A DNA stretch of 64,000 bases from Candidatus Methylomirabilota bacterium (GTDB lineage Bacteria; Methylomirabilota; Methylomirabilia; Rokubacteriales; CSP1-6), in the NCBI GenBank assembly GCA_035457825.1, contig DATIAY010000096.1:3683-67682 (forward strand), given 5' to 3'. Every line of letters starts with the position of its first letter. Position 1 is the first letter of the stretch. Below, piece after piece: positions 1 to 9,728 of the stretch. Position numbers and translations under genes: made by a program. The notes beneath the pieces are model-generated. The model was not told the origin of the DNA, searched no databases, and saw only the letters and a program-made list of their open reading frames with translations.

Positions 1-270
1 CACCCGGTCGAGCGTTCCTGCCACCATCATGAACTCGCCCTCGGTGCACATGAGATTGCGCGCCAGGGTGAGCCCGCGGCGACGCTGGCGCAGGATCTCG
101 CGGACCAGAGCCAGAGGCGTGCGGGAGAAGAGGCAGCCGCCCACCGCGACGACGTCGCCGTCGCGGACCCGGGCGGCCGCGTCATCGACACTGGTGAGCT
201 TCTCGCCCGCGGACTTGGACTTCGCCTCCAGCCGCCGACGGGCCGCGACGAAGTCCGGCGAGCCTATGTC
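1..270 (-). CDS. CoA-transferase family protein, subunit-A-like (N-terminal part; the gene runs off the left edge)
   Basis: My own minus-strand translation gives ...AGEKLTSVDDAAARVRDGDVVAVGGCLFSRTPLALVREILRQRRRGLTLARNLMCTEGEFMMVAG..., which looks like the N-terminus of glutaconate/3-oxoacid CoA-transferase A subunits. It is absent from the ORF track because no ATG/GTG/TTG start is visible, so the start codon is unresolved. Confidence 0.45.
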
Positions 271-1274
271 AGGACCTCCCAGGTGGCCTGGTAGCGATCG
301 AGCTCCCGCCGGGTCCGCTCGTCCAGCGGGTGCTCCCGCTCGGGTACGTCGACCTGCTTGGCTTCGCCGCACAGCGCCGTCGTGAAGTAGCGTTGCCCGG
401 TGTCGTTGGCCATGGTGACGATGGGCGCGAGCCCGGGATGGCGGCGGGCCAGCTTGAGGGCCGCCGCCACGTTACTGCCCGTGGAGATGCCGCAGAAAAT
501 GCCTTCCTCCGCCGCCAGCCGTCGGGCCGTGCCGATGGCCTCCTCGGTGGTGATGGTGATCACCCCGCTGAGCAGGGAGACGTCGAGGTTCTCGGGAATG
601 AACCCGTCGCCGATGCCCTCGATGCCGTGGGGCCCCCACGAGCGCCGGGCCAGCAGCGCGCACTCGTCGGGCTCCACGGCGTACAGGCGGATCCGGTCAT
701 CCTGTTCGCGGAGGTAGCGGCCGACGCCGGACAGCGTGCCACCGCTGCCCTGCGCGGCGACGAAGGCCCCGATGATGCCGCCGCACTGCTCCCAGATCTC
801 GGGCCCGGTGGTGCGGTAGTGGGCCTCAACGTTGTCGGTGTTGGAGAATTGTCCCGGCACCCAGTACCCCGCGGGGTCGCCTGCGCGGATCTCGCCGAGC
901 CGCTTCAGCGCCAGGTCGACGTCGCTCTCGCCCCCCGGCGTGAAGACGAGGTCGGCCCCGTAGGCCCGCATGATCTTCTTGCGCTCGTCGCTCATGCCCT
1001 CCGGCATGACGATGGTGCAGGCGTAGCCCTTGACGGCGGCGACGAAGGCGCAGGCGATGCCGGCGTTGCCCGTCGAGCACTCGAGAACCCGCATTCCCGG
1101 CCGCAGCTCGCCGCGTGCCTCGGCCCGCTCGAACATGTGCAGATAGATCCGGTCCTTGAGGCTTCCGCTGGGGCCGTACCACTCTAGCTTCACGTATACC
1201 GTCGGGACGATGCCCGCCGTCACCCGGCCCAGGCGCACGAGGGGCGTTCGGCCCACGGCCTGGGCGATCGACAT
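264..1274 (-). CDS. PLP-dependent cysteine synthase family protein (CysK/CysM-like) with a short C-terminal extension
   Basis: ORF 264..1373. Motifs: GRTPLVRL, KLEWYGPSGSLKDR, STGNAGIA, GSGGTLSG. Start moved to the internal ATG (MSIAQAVGRTPL) at 1274. Confidence 0.8.
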   Translation of the reverse strand: MSIAQAVGRTPLVRLGRVTAGIVPTVYVKLEWYGPSGSLKDRIYLHMFERAEARGELRPGMRVLECSTGNAGIACAFVAAVKGYACTIVMPEGMSDERKKIMRAYGADLVFTPGGESDVDLALKRLGEIRAGDPAGYWVPGQFSNTDNVEAHYRTTGPEIWEQCGGIIGAFVAAQGSGGTLSGVGRYLREQDDRIRLYAVEPDECALLARRSWGPHGIEGIGDGFIPENLDVSLLSGVITITTEEAIGTARRLAAEEGIFCGISTGSNVAAALKLARRHPGLAPIVTMANDTGQRYFTTALCGEAKQVDVPEREHPLDERTRRELDRYQATWEVLT

Positions 1275-1326
1275 CAGGGCGTTCCGGTGCGAGTCCCAGA
1301 GGATGGGCACGGCAGCGAATTGTACC

Positions 1327-2259
1327 TCAGGGCAGACGCAGGCGCCCTTCCAGCACCGGCACGACACCACCACCTACGCGGATGTCCGTGGCCGCGCTGC
1401 CGCGGGCCTGCAGGCGGATGTGGACGAAGCTCTGTCGCCCCATCTTCGTGCCTTGTTCGCTCACCAGGCTGAGCTCACCCGAGCCGCGCACGAGGCCGTG
1501 GCGGACGAGGTACGCACCCAGGGGCCCGCCGGCGGAACCTGTTGCGGGATCCTCGGGCACCCCCGAGTGGGGCGCGAACATCCGGGAGTACAGGCGACAG
1601 CCGTCGGCGTCATCGATCGCGAAGATGAACACCCCGAGGGCCGCGGCCACCTCGGGCAGCCCTCGCGGGTCGAGCGCAGCCCGGTCGACGGCGGAGCGGT
1701 CACGAAGCGGGACGAACAGGAAAGCGTTGCCGGTAGAGGCCGTGTGCACAGGCACGCCGGGCCGCAGGTCGTCCACCGCGACCCCGAGGGTCCGCGCGAT
1801 CCCGGCCCGGTCGGGGATGTCGGGGCCGAACACCGCATCGTGTTGGCGCATCCACACGAAGCCGGGCTGGCCCGGGTCGCTTTCGAGCTCCACGGGCACC
1901 GCGCCGATCCCCTCCTCGAGCGTGAAGCAGCGGGTCCCACGCGGGACGAGCCCCTGGTTGGCGAGCACCCACGCCGTTCCCAGCGTAGGGTGGCCGGCGA
2001 ACGGCACCTCGCGGCCGGGCGTGAAGATGCGCACGCGGGCGGCGCACTCGGGCTGCGTCGCGGGGAAGACAAACGTGGTTTCGGCGAGGTTCATCTCGCG
2101 GGCGACCGCCTGCATCTCCTCCACGGCCAGTCCCCGGCCGTCGAGGACCACGGCCAGCGCATTGCCGGCCAGGGGCCGGTCGGTGAAGACGTCGACCTGG
2201 ACGAAAGCGTGCTCGCGACCCACAGGGCCCAGGATGTTGCCACCCACCGGCGAGGTCAA
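1327..2259 (-). CDS. PhzF family isomerase-like protein
   Basis: FVQVDVFTDRPLAGNALAVVLD...MNLAETTFVFP is typical of PhzF/YddE. It has a 4-nt overlap with yraN. Confidence 0.8.
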   Translation of the reverse strand: MTSPVGGNILGPVGREHAFVQVDVFTDRPLAGNALAVVLDGRGLAVEEMQAVAREMNLAETTFVFPATQPECAARVRIFTPGREVPFAGHPTLGTAWVLANQGLVPRGTRCFTLEEGIGAVPVELESDPGQPGFVWMRQHDAVFGPDIPDRAGIARTLGVAVDDLRPGVPVHTASTGNAFLFVPLRDRSAVDRAALDPRGLPEVAAALGVFIFAIDDADGCRLYSRMFAPHSGVPEDPATGSAGGPLGAYLVRHGLVRGSGELSLVSEQGTKMGRQSFVHIRLQARGSAATDIRVGGGVVPVLEGRLRLP

Positions 2260-2630
2260 GTGAAGCCCGACGCGTCGAAGGCGGCGGGGATGTGACGAAC
2301 CTCACCGGCGCCGTCATCCCCCATGGTCACGGTGACGACATCGAAGCGACATCGCGCCGCGGTCAGACCGCGCCACTTGAGATAGTGCTGGGCCAGGCGC
2401 ACCAGGCGGCGCCGCTTCTGCCAGGAGATGGCGGCGCCGGGCGCCTCTCCCCAGCGCGCGTGCCGACACTTCACCTCGACGAAGATCCAGCGGTCGCCGT
2501 GCCGACACACGAGGTCGATCTCGCCTTCAGGAAGACGGACGTTGCGGGCGACGATGACGAGACCGCTCTGTTCCAGGAACGCCGCCGCGGTGGCCTCGGC
2601 AGCCTGTCCGAGGGCCCTTCGCTGGTCCAC
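2256..2630 (-). CDS. yraN: YraN family (UPF0102) endonuclease-like protein
   Basis: GQAAEATAAAFLEQSGLVIVARNVRLPEGEIDLVC...IFVEVKCR signature, 124 aa. Confidence 0.8.
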   Translation of the reverse strand: MDQRRALGQAAEATAAAFLEQSGLVIVARNVRLPEGEIDLVCRHGDRWIFVEVKCRHARWGEAPGAAISWQKRRRLVRLAQHYLKWRGLTAARCRFDVVTVTMGDDGAGEVRHIPAAFDASGFT

Positions 2631-2739
2631 AATGCTGCGTGTACACCGGCGGCGAGTCGCTGAACAGCGTCGAAGATTTCCGACGGTCAGGCGCGCGCGG
2701 TCCCGGAGTCAGATCACTGGCAGCGGGCGGGCGGATTGC

Positions 2740-3384
2740 TCAGTGCGTGTCCAGGTCCGGGAACAGGGCCCATTGCTTCCACACGCCGGCGAAGGTCCGC
2801 CGATGGACGAGGCAGGGACCGTACCGGTCGAGCGCGGCCAGGTGGGCGGCCGTAGGGTAGCCCTTGTGGACGGCGAACCCGTAGCCGGGGAACTGCCGGT
2901 CCAACTCGACCATGAGCCGGTCGCGGGTCACCTTGGCCACGATGGAGGCGGCCGCCACCGTGGCGCAGCGGGCGTCGGCGTCCACCAGATTGCGCTGGGG
3001 GCAGGGCAGGCCGGGCAGGGCCACGAAGTCCGTGATGACGAAGTCCGGGGCCACGGTCAGCCCGCGGACGGCCTCGAGCATTGCCCGGCGCGTAGCCTCG
3101 AGGATATTCACCCGATCGATGGTCACGTGGTCGACGATGCCCACGCCCACGGCCAGCGCGCGCTCGTGGATCACGGCAAACAACTCTTCCCGCTGCTCGG
3201 GCCGGAGGAGCTTGGAATCGGCGAGCCGGGGGATGCGACGATCGGGAGCGATGATGACGGCGGCCGCCACGACCGGGCCGGCCAGCGGCGCCCGGCCGGC
3301 TTCGTCGACGCCGGCCACGCGCAACGCGCCGCTCCGCCAGGCCTGGCCTTCGTAGCGGTAGGGCGCCGACGGGGGCGGCGTCAC
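2740..3384 (-). CDS. rnhB: Ribonuclease HII
   Basis: VAGVDEAGRAPLAGPVVAAAVI and DSKLL motifs; sits in the conserved rplS-rnhB neighbourhood. Confidence 0.9.
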   Translation of the reverse strand: MTPPPSAPYRYEGQAWRSGALRVAGVDEAGRAPLAGPVVAAAVIIAPDRRIPRLADSKLLRPEQREELFAVIHERALAVGVGIVDHVTIDRVNILEATRRAMLEAVRGLTVAPDFVITDFVALPGLPCPQRNLVDADARCATVAAASIVAKVTRDRLMVELDRQFPGYGFAVHKGYPTAAHLAALDRYGPCLVHRRTFAGVWKQWALFPDLDTH

Positions 3385-3395
3385 GAGCGGGGCGG

Positions 3396-3767
3396 CTACT
3401 GCTCGGTGGTGGTGGGGACCTGGACGACGCGCTTCTCGCGCAGGCGGGCTGCCTTGCCAGCGAGCTGTCTCAAGTAGTAGAGCTTCGAGCGCCGGACGCG
3501 GCCACGTCGCGCCATCTCGACCCGTTCGATGCGAGGCGAGTGCAGGGGAAATGTCCGCTCCACCCCGACGCCGTATGAAATACGGCGGACGGTGAACGAG
3601 GCCTTCGCCCCTTCACCGCGCTTGCGGATCACCACGCCCTCGAAGATCTGGGTCCGCTCCTTCTCACCTTCCACGACCTTGACGTGCACGCGCACGGTGT
3701 CCCCCGGCTCGAAGCCGTTGCGGTCCTTCTTGATCTGCCCCGCTTCTACCAGCCCAATCGCATCCAT
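3396..3767 (-). CDS. rplS: 50S ribosomal protein L19
   Basis: [33 protein letters not shown]...[21 protein letters not shown]. Confidence 0.95.
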   Translation of the reverse strand: MDAIGLVEAGQIKKDRNGFEPGDTVRVHVKVVEGEKERTQIFEGVVIRKRGEGAKASFTVRRISYGVGVERTFPLHSPRIERVEMARRGRVRRSKLYYLRQLAGKAARLREKRVVQVPTTTEQ

Positions 3768-3785
3768 GACCTCGTCCCTTCTCCC

Positions 3786-4520
3786 TTACTCCGGCTTCTC
3801 GCCGCGCCGGAAGGCGTCCAGCAGCCGGCGGTCTTCTTCATCGAGCGTCGCCCGCTCCAGCAAGTCGGGCCGGCAGCGCCACGTCCGGTACAGCGACTGC
3901 GTCCGCCGCCACCGGGCGATGCGAGCATGGTCGCCGGACAGAAGCACCGACGGCACCCGGGCGCCCCGGAACTCCTCGGGGCGCGTGTACTGCGGGGGCT
4001 CCAGCAATCCTCCGGCGAACGATTCTCGCTCGGCGGCGGCCTCGCCACCGAGGACACCGGGCCGGAGCCGGATGACGGCATCGGCGACCACCAGCGCCGG
4101 CAACTCGCCCCCCGTCAGCACGTAGTCACCGATCGACACCGCGTCATCGACCAGCAGGTCGTTCACGCGCTCGTCGACCCCCTCGTACCGGCCGGATAAC
4201 AAGATAAGGTGCCTCGCCTCGGACAACTCCCACGCCATCTGCTGGGTGAGCAGCCGGCCGCGCGGGTCCATCAGGATCACCCGGGCCGTCGGGGTCCGGA
4301 GCGCCTCGACGGCGGCGAAGAGGGGCTCGGGCTTGAGCACCATGCCACCACCGCCGCCGAACGGGTAATCGTCGGTTGGTCGGTGCTTGCCCTCTGCGTA
4401 GTCTCGGAGATTCACCACCCGAATGTCAACGAGTCCGCGCTGGCGGGCGCGCCCGATCATCGACTGGGCCAGGGCCGGCTCCACCATGCCGGGGAAGAGC
4501 GTGACGATGTCGATCCGCAT
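3786..4520 (-). CDS. trmD: tRNA (guanine37-N1)-methyltransferase
   Basis: MRIDIVTLFPGM..., YPFGGGGGMVLKPEP, LLSGRYEGVDERV, LTGGELPALV. Confidence 0.95.
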   Translation of the reverse strand: MRIDIVTLFPGMVEPALAQSMIGRARQRGLVDIRVVNLRDYAEGKHRPTDDYPFGGGGGMVLKPEPLFAAVEALRTPTARVILMDPRGRLLTQQMAWELSEARHLILLSGRYEGVDERVNDLLVDDAVSIGDYVLTGGELPALVVADAVIRLRPGVLGGEAAAERESFAGGLLEPPQYTRPEEFRGARVPSVLLSGDHARIARWRRTQSLYRTWRCRPDLLERATLDEEDRRLLDAFRRGEKPE

Positions 4521-4529
4521 GTCTGGTGT

Positions 4530-5036
4530 CTAGAGGTCCAGGAGCCCCTCGGGCGGCCGGATCACCACCCGCCGGGCGGCCAGATCGACGTCGATGACGA
4601 TAGCCGGGACGGCAGGAATCAGCCGCTCGCACCCCCCGGTGTCCACCACCCAGAGGTCGTGTCCCGGCGAAGGCTCGACCCGTACCACGTGGCCCACCTC
4701 CTCACCCGCCTCCGTCAGCACTCGACACCCCTCCAGCTGCCAGGGATAGAAGCGTCCGGGGCCGGGTGGCAGCGCCTCCGACGCCGGGATCGCGATCAGC
4801 CGGCCGACCAGCGCTCGGACGGCCTCCGGCGAGTCGTACCCGGCCAGCGAGAGCAGCACGGCGTCCCCCTGCCGGCGGGACGCGGTGATGCGGCAGGGTT
4901 GCCGCTCGTCCCTCGCGGGATCCCATACCACGCAGGCCCGGAGACGCTCGAACCGCCGGGGATCGTCCGTCAGGGGCGCCACCCGGATCTCTCCCCGGAG
5001 GCCGTGCGCCCGCACGATCTCACCGATCGCTACCAA
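4530..5036 (-). CDS. rimM: 16S rRNA processing protein RimM
   Basis: VAIGEIVRAHGLRGEIRVAPLTDDP N-terminus. I prefer the in-frame TTG at 5036, 8 nt after the rpsP stop, over the GTG at 5114, which would overlap rpsP by 70 nt. The start is uncertain. Confidence 0.75.
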   Translation of the reverse strand: MVAIGEIVRAHGLRGEIRVAPLTDDPRRFERLRACVVWDPARDERQPCRITASRRQGDAVLLSLAGYDSPEAVRALVGRLIAIPASEALPPGPGRFYPWQLEGCRVLTEAGEEVGHVVRVEPSPGHDLWVVDTGGCERLIPAVPAIVIDVDLAARRVVIRPPEGLLDL

Positions 5037-5044
5037 CTGCGAGG

Positions 5045-5287
5045 CTACGCCTCCCTGACCCTCTGCATCAGGCGCTTCACCGTGTTCGACGGCTGGGCGC
5101 CCTTGGAAATCCACGCCTGGGCCCGGGCCCGGTCGATCTTCACCGTCGGCGGGTCCGACAGGGGGTTGTAGTGTCCGATGATCTCGATGAACCTCCCGTC
5201 GCGCGGCGAGCGCGAGTCGGTCACGACGACGCGGTACGTTGGCCGCTTCGTGGTTCCGGTACGTCTCAGTCTGATGGAAACCGACAC
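5045..5287 (-). CDS. rpsP: 30S ribosomal protein S16
   Basis: [42 protein letters not shown]. Confidence 0.95.
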   Translation of the reverse strand: MSVSIRLRRTGTTKRPTYRVVVTDSRSPRDGRFIEIIGHYNPLSDPPTVKIDRARAQAWISKGAQPSNTVKRLMQRVREA

Positions 5288-5291
5288 CTCG

Positions 5292-6638
5292 TCACCCCCT
5301 CAATGTGGGAAAGCCCGGGAGCTTCATGCCCGGCGCCTTGCCGGGCAGGCCTTTGAGCTGTTTCATCATCCGGCGCAGCTCCCCGAACTGCTTGAGCAGC
5401 CGGTTGACGTCCTGCACGGAAGTCCCGCTCCCCCGAGCGATGCGCTGGCGACGGCTCCCGTTGATGATCTCGGGATGACGGCGCTCGGCCGGGGTCATCG
5501 AGCCGATGATGGCGTCGAAGCGGGTCAGGTCGGCCTGCTCGGCATCCATCCCCTGGGGCGCGCCCCGTAGCTTCTTGCCGAAGGGCAGCATTCCCAGAAT
5601 CTGGTCCAGCGAGCCGAGCTGTTGGACCTGTTTGAGCTGCTGGCGAAAGTCTTCGAGCGTGAACGCATCCTCGCGGAGCTTGCGCACCAGGCTTTCCGCG
5701 GTCTTCTGGTCCACCGCCTCCTGGGCCTTTTCCACCAGCGACAGCACGTCGCCCATGCCCAGGATCCGGGAGGCGACCCGGTCGGGATGGAACGGCTCCA
5801 GGGCATCGGCCTTCTCGCCGACGCCGACGAAGGCGATGGGGCGGCCGATGACGTGCCGTACGCTGAGGGCGGCACCGCCCCGGGAGTCGCCGTCCATCTT
5901 CGTCAGCACCACCGCGTCGATTCCTACCGCCTGGTTGAACCGGTCGGCCACGGTCACGGCATCCTGCCCGGTCATGGCGTCCACCACCAGGAGCACGTGG
6001 TGCGGTTTCACGGCGGCCCGAATGGCCCGCAGCTCGTCCAGCATCGCCTCGTCGATGTGCAATCGGCCCGCGGTGTCCAGGATGAGCGGGGTGAGCCCGC
6101 GCGTAGCCGCCTCCTCTCGCGCCATCTGGCAGATCTCGAGTGGCGACTGCCCCATCGCCCCCACCACGGGCACCTCGAGCTGCTGGCCGAGCGTGCGCAG
6201 CTGATCGATGGCCGCGGGCCGGTAGATGTCGGCCGCGGCCAAGAGCGGGTGCTGCCCCTGCTTGGTGTAGAGCCGGGCGAGCTTGGCGGCCGTTGTGGTC
6301 TTCCCCGAGCCCTGCAGCCCCATCAACATGACGATGGTCGGGGGGTGAGGGGCGGCGGCCAGGCGGTGACCGCTGCCGCCGAGGAGCTCGACGAGCTCGT
6401 CGTGGACGATCTTGACCACCTGCTGGGCCGGCGTGAGCGACGTCAGGACGTCCTGGCCGACGGCGCGCGTCTTGACGCGCTCGATGAAGCTGCGCACGAC
6501 CTTGAAGTTGACGTCTGCCTCGAGGAGGGCCAGGCGGACCTCCCGGAGGGCTTCCTGGATGTTGTCCTCGGTCAGTCGGCCTCGACCACCCAGACCTTCC
6601 AGGACACTTTGCAGTCGCGTGCTCAGCGAGTCGAACAT
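5292..6638 (-). CDS. ffh: Signal recognition particle protein Ffh
   Basis: [10 protein letters not shown]..., [35 protein letters not shown], and a Met-rich M domain. Confidence 0.95.
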   Translation of the reverse strand: MFDSLSTRLQSVLEGLGGRGRLTEDNIQEALREVRLALLEADVNFKVVRSFIERVKTRAVGQDVLTSLTPAQQVVKIVHDELVELLGGSGHRLAAAPHPPTIVMLMGLQGSGKTTTAAKLARLYTKQGQHPLLAAADIYRPAAIDQLRTLGQQLEVPVVGAMGQSPLEICQMAREEAATRGLTPLILDTAGRLHIDEAMLDELRAIRAAVKPHHVLLVVDAMTGQDAVTVADRFNQAVGIDAVVLTKMDGDSRGGAALSVRHVIGRPIAFVGVGEKADALEPFHPDRVASRILGMGDVLSLVEKAQEAVDQKTAESLVRKLREDAFTLEDFRQQLKQVQQLGSLDQILGMLPFGKKLRGAPQGMDAEQADLTRFDAIIGSMTPAERRHPEIINGSRRQRIARGSGTSVQDVNRLLKQFGELRRMMKQLKGLPGKAPGMKLPGFPTLRG

Positions 6639-6649
6639 GGGAACACTAC

Positions 6650-6678
6650 ACTTTACGTAAGGACGTAGCGAATTTCAA
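6650..6678 (-). promoter_or_regulatory. Candidate sigma-70 promoter of ffh (TTGAAA-17 nt-TAAAGT)
   Basis: The minus strand reads TTGAAA ttcgctacgtccttacg TAAAGT inside an A+T-rich island. Only 11 nt separate the -10 from the ffh ATG, and no SD is visible. Confidence 0.4.
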
Positions 6679-6705
6679 CTAGAACACTGTCGAAGCAACG
6701 ACGTT

Positions 6706-6771
6706 GCGGCGGCTTTGCCGCCGCAGGCCTGTTCTGGGAGAGGTTTCGGAGGGGCCGTCGAGGGCCCCTCC
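6706..6771 (+). repeat. Two-hairpin intergenic repeat element, copy A (also the likely terminator of rpe)
   Basis: GCGGCGGC-TTT-GCCGCCGC, then AGGCCTGTTCTGGGAGAGGTTTC, then GGAGGGGCC-GTCGAG-GGCCCCTCC. The architecture and core match copies at 35630-35718 and 38128-38193. Confidence 0.8.
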
Positions 6772-6778
6772 GTCAAAA

Positions 6779-7429
6779 CTACACGGCGCTGGCTGCGCTC
6801 CGCATCGCCTTAATGACCTCGGCCGGATGGGGCGCCCCGAAAATGGCTGAGCCGGCGACGAGCACGCTGGCCCCGTGGGCGGCCAGAGGGCCGGCGTGCT
6901 CGACTTTCACGCCGCCGTCCACCGACACCTCCACCGGGCGGGAGCCGAGGAGCGTGCGGACGTGACGGATCTTTGGATAGGCGGCGGGGATGAAGCGTTG
7001 GCCGCCGAACCCGGGGTTTACCGACATGACGAGGACGAGGGCGAGATCGTCGAGCACGTACTGCAGGGCCGTGGCCGGGGTCGAGGGGTTGAGGGCCACC
7101 CCCGGCTGAGCCCCCAGTTCGCGGATCTGGGCCAGGGCGCGCTGCAGGTGAGGGGTGGCTTCGGCGTGCACCGTGACCATCTCGGCTCCCGCTCGCACGA
7201 AGTCCCCGACGTAGCGCTCGGGCTCGACGATCATCAGATGCACATCGAGGGGCAATCGTGTGCGCTTGCGGATCGCCTCCACCACGATCGGCCCCACCGT
7301 GATGTTGGGGACGAACCGACCATCCATCACGTCGATGTGGAGCTGATCGGCGCCGGCCGCCTCGACGCGGGCGATGTCCTCGGCCAGGGCGGCGAAGTCC
7401 GCGGACAGGATCGAGGGGGCGATCTTCAC
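6779..7429 (-). CDS. rpe: Ribulose-phosphate 3-epimerase
   Basis: KIAPSILSADFA..., HIDVMDGRFVPNIT, DVHLM, VMSVNPGFGGQ. Confidence 0.95.
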   Translation of the reverse strand: MKIAPSILSADFAALAEDIARVEAAGADQLHIDVMDGRFVPNITVGPIVVEAIRKRTRLPLDVHLMIVEPERYVGDFVRAGAEMVTVHAEATPHLQRALAQIRELGAQPGVALNPSTPATALQYVLDDLALVLVMSVNPGFGGQRFIPAAYPKIRHVRTLLGSRPVEVSVDGGVKVEHAGPLAAHGASVLVAGSAIFGAPHPAEVIKAMRSAASAV

Positions 7430-7433
7430 CGCC

Positions 7434-8768
7434 TCACACTATACGGCGGAACCTCACCGCCGTGAACCCATCGGTGCCGTGGCGATGGGGCAGGCAGCGC
7501 AGCACGCCGTTGACCAGCGGCAGGGGGAAGGGCGACGGCGGATCGGGACGGAAGTCGGGGCGCGCCGTCAGCAGCGCCCGGGCCACATCGTCGTTCTCCT
7601 CGGGCTCCAGGGAGCAGGTGGCGTAGACGAGCCGCCCGCCGGGTCGCACCATCGTGGCCGCGGCGGCCAGGATCGTCTGCTGGCGGGCGGCCGCGGCCAC
7701 GATGTCGGAGGGCTGGCGCCGCCATTTCACTTCCGGGTTGCGCCGCAGCACGCCCAGGTTCGAGCAGGGGGCATCGACGAGGACCGCGTCGCAGGCGTCA
7801 GCGAAACGGGGGGCCAGCGCCTCCGCCGTTCCCCCGCGCAGCTCGACGATCGTCACACCCAGCCGGGCGGCGGCGTCCCCGACCAGGTCCAGGCGCCGCG
7901 GCTGGGGGTCGAAGGCCAGGAGCCGTCCGCGGTTGTCCATGAGCTGCGCGAGCTGGGTCGTCTTCGTGCCCGGTGCCGCGCACACGTCGGCAACGGTCTC
8001 CCCCGCCGCGGGCTCGAGCAGCTGGGTCACGAGCATGGAGCCTTCGTCCTGAACGACGAAGGCACCCTCGGCGAAGGGGCCCCAGCCTCCCGGCGACCCG
8101 GCGTGATCGACGATCAGGCCGTCGGGCGCGTAGGCGGTGAGCCGGACCCGCAGCCCTTCGTCGCGTCGTAGCCGCTCGGCCAGGGCGTCCCGGTCGAGCC
8201 GCAGCGTGTTGGCCCGCAGCGTGAGGGGCGGTCGCTCGTTCATCGCGCGCATGAGCTCTTCGGCCTCGGCCTCGTAGCGCTCGACCCAGCGCGCGGCCAG
8301 CCACGTGGGAAAGGAGCAGCGGATGGCCAGCGCCTCGATCGGATCGGCTGGCGGCCGCGGTTCCCGTTCGCGCGCGCCCCGGCGGGCGAACGACCGGAGC
8401 ACGGCGTTGACGAAGGCCGCGGCGCCGGGCCTGGCCTGACGGGCCAGGGTCACCGCGTCGTTGACGGCCGCGAAGGCGGGAACGCGCGTGAGGAAGGCGA
8501 TCTGATAGGCGGTCAGGCGCAACAGGACGAGGGGCAGCGAGTCGAGCGAATCGAGCGGGCGTTTGGTGTGCGGAGCGAGAATCCAGTCCAGATACCGCTG
8601 CCAGCGCAGTGTGCCATAGACCAGCTCCGTCGCGAGGGCTCGATCGCGAGCCTGGAGGCGTCGGCGGTCCAGCTCGGCATCGAGCGCGAGGTCGGCAAAA
8701 GCGTTGTCCGTGGTGACGCGCTCGAGGACCCGGGCGGCCACCGTCCGGGCCGGCGAGGCCTTCCTCAC
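7434..8768 (-). CDS. rsmB: 16S rRNA (cytosine967-C5)-methyltransferase RsmB
   Basis: NusB-like N-terminal domain plus DVCAAPGTKT, DAPCS and PGGRLVYATCS motifs. Start set to the GTG at 8768, which forms a GTGA overlap with the fmt stop. The longer ORF up to 9035 lies inside fmt. Confidence 0.85.
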   Translation of the reverse strand: MRKASPARTVAARVLERVTTDNAFADLALDAELDRRRLQARDRALATELVYGTLRWQRYLDWILAPHTKRPLDSLDSLPLVLLRLTAYQIAFLTRVPAFAAVNDAVTLARQARPGAAAFVNAVLRSFARRGAREREPRPPADPIEALAIRCSFPTWLAARWVERYEAEAEELMRAMNERPPLTLRANTLRLDRDALAERLRRDEGLRVRLTAYAPDGLIVDHAGSPGGWGPFAEGAFVVQDEGSMLVTQLLEPAAGETVADVCAAPGTKTTQLAQLMDNRGRLLAFDPQPRRLDLVGDAAARLGVTIVELRGGTAEALAPRFADACDAVLVDAPCSNLGVLRRNPEVKWRRQPSDIVAAAARQQTILAAAATMVRPGGRLVYATCSLEPEENDDVARALLTARPDFRPDPPSPFPLPLVNGVLRCLPHRHGTDGFTAVRFRRIV

Positions 8769-9706
8769 GGCTCGGCGGGCGCGGGTCGGAGCAGGCGGTC
8801 GCCAGCGGCGAGCCGCGCCCCGCGGAGGAACTCGGCCCAGGCCATCGGCCGCTTGTTCTCTCCTTGCACCTCGAGGGGGAGCAGGGCGCCGTCCGAGGTC
8901 GGAATCACGAGGTGACCCTTGTGGTGAGCAAGCACGCCCGGTGGGCTCAAGTACCCTGACCCCACCGCTCGCGCCCGCCAGATCATCAGGCGGCCCGCGC
9001 GGCTGGTCGTGAGCGCCCCTGGCCACGGGTTGCATCCGCGCACGACATTGACCAGCTCTCGCGCCGGTCGATCCCAGTCGAGGAAGCCATCGCTCTTTTT
9101 GAGTCGAGGCGCCGACGTGGCTGCTTCGTTCCGCTGGGGTTGTGGCGTCAGCGTGTCCAGACGCATCAGGGTTTCGATCAGCAGCTCCGCTCCGATGGGG
9201 GCAAGCCGCGCCGCCAGCTCACCCGCGGCTTCCTCGGGCCCGATGGACACCGGAGGCGATTGCAGCAGGATGGGCCCGGTATCCATGCCTTCGTCCATCC
9301 GGAAGGTGGTGATTCCCGTCGTGGCTTCGCCGCGCATGATGGCCCGGGCGATGGGAGCCGCGCCCCGGTAACGGGGAAGCAGCGAGGCGTGAACGTTGAT
9401 TGATCCTCGGGGGGGAACGTCGAGCACCGCCTTGGGGAGGATCTGCCCGAAGGCCACGACGACGGCGACGTCGGGGGCAAAGACGGCCAGCCGCTCGGGC
9501 CAGCCGGGGTCACGAAGTCGCGCCGGTTGGACCACGGGCAACCCTGCGGCCTCGGCGCGCATCTTGACGGGAGGCGGCGTCGACCGCTGGCCCCGATGGG
9601 CGGGACGGTCGGGCTGGGTGACGATGGCGACGACCTGGTGGTGGAAGAGCAGGGCCTCCAGTGTAGGGACGGCGAAGTCCGGGGTCCCGAAGAACAGCAC
9701 CTTCAT
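8765..9706 (-). CDS. fmt: Methionyl-tRNA formyltransferase
   Basis: MKVLFFGTPDFAVPTLEAL..., INVHASLLPRYRGAAPI. Confidence 0.95.
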   Translation of the reverse strand: MKVLFFGTPDFAVPTLEALLFHHQVVAIVTQPDRPAHRGQRSTPPPVKMRAEAAGLPVVQPARLRDPGWPERLAVFAPDVAVVVAFGQILPKAVLDVPPRGSINVHASLLPRYRGAAPIARAIMRGEATTGITTFRMDEGMDTGPILLQSPPVSIGPEEAAGELAARLAPIGAELLIETLMRLDTLTPQPQRNEAATSAPRLKKSDGFLDWDRPARELVNVVRGCNPWPGALTTSRAGRLMIWRARAVGSGYLSPPGVLAHHKGHLVIPTSDGALLPLEVQGENKRPMAWAEFLRGARLAAGDRLLRPAPAEP

Positions 9707-9728
9707 CGGCGCTGACCGCCGGGACGCG

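Noticed and set aside
5037-5114. Overlap of rimM with rpsP, and the absence of the KH-domain gene often found between them.
   Set aside because: The overlap disappears with the TTG start at 5036. Lack of the KH gene is common lineage variation and not a signal by itself.
7434-9035. Long N-terminal extensions offered by the ORF track. These are rsmB to 9035, pyrF to 23768, DUF1116 to 40296 and ntrY-like to 63012. They also include puuD to 51415, TPR/LysM to 33449, racemase to 36938, moxR from 16412 and DUF58 from 16591.
   Set aside because: The extensions run through the preceding, well-supported gene in another frame. In each case a start codon (ATG or GTG) forming a 1-4-nt overlap or short gap with the upstream stop gives a protein of family-typical length.
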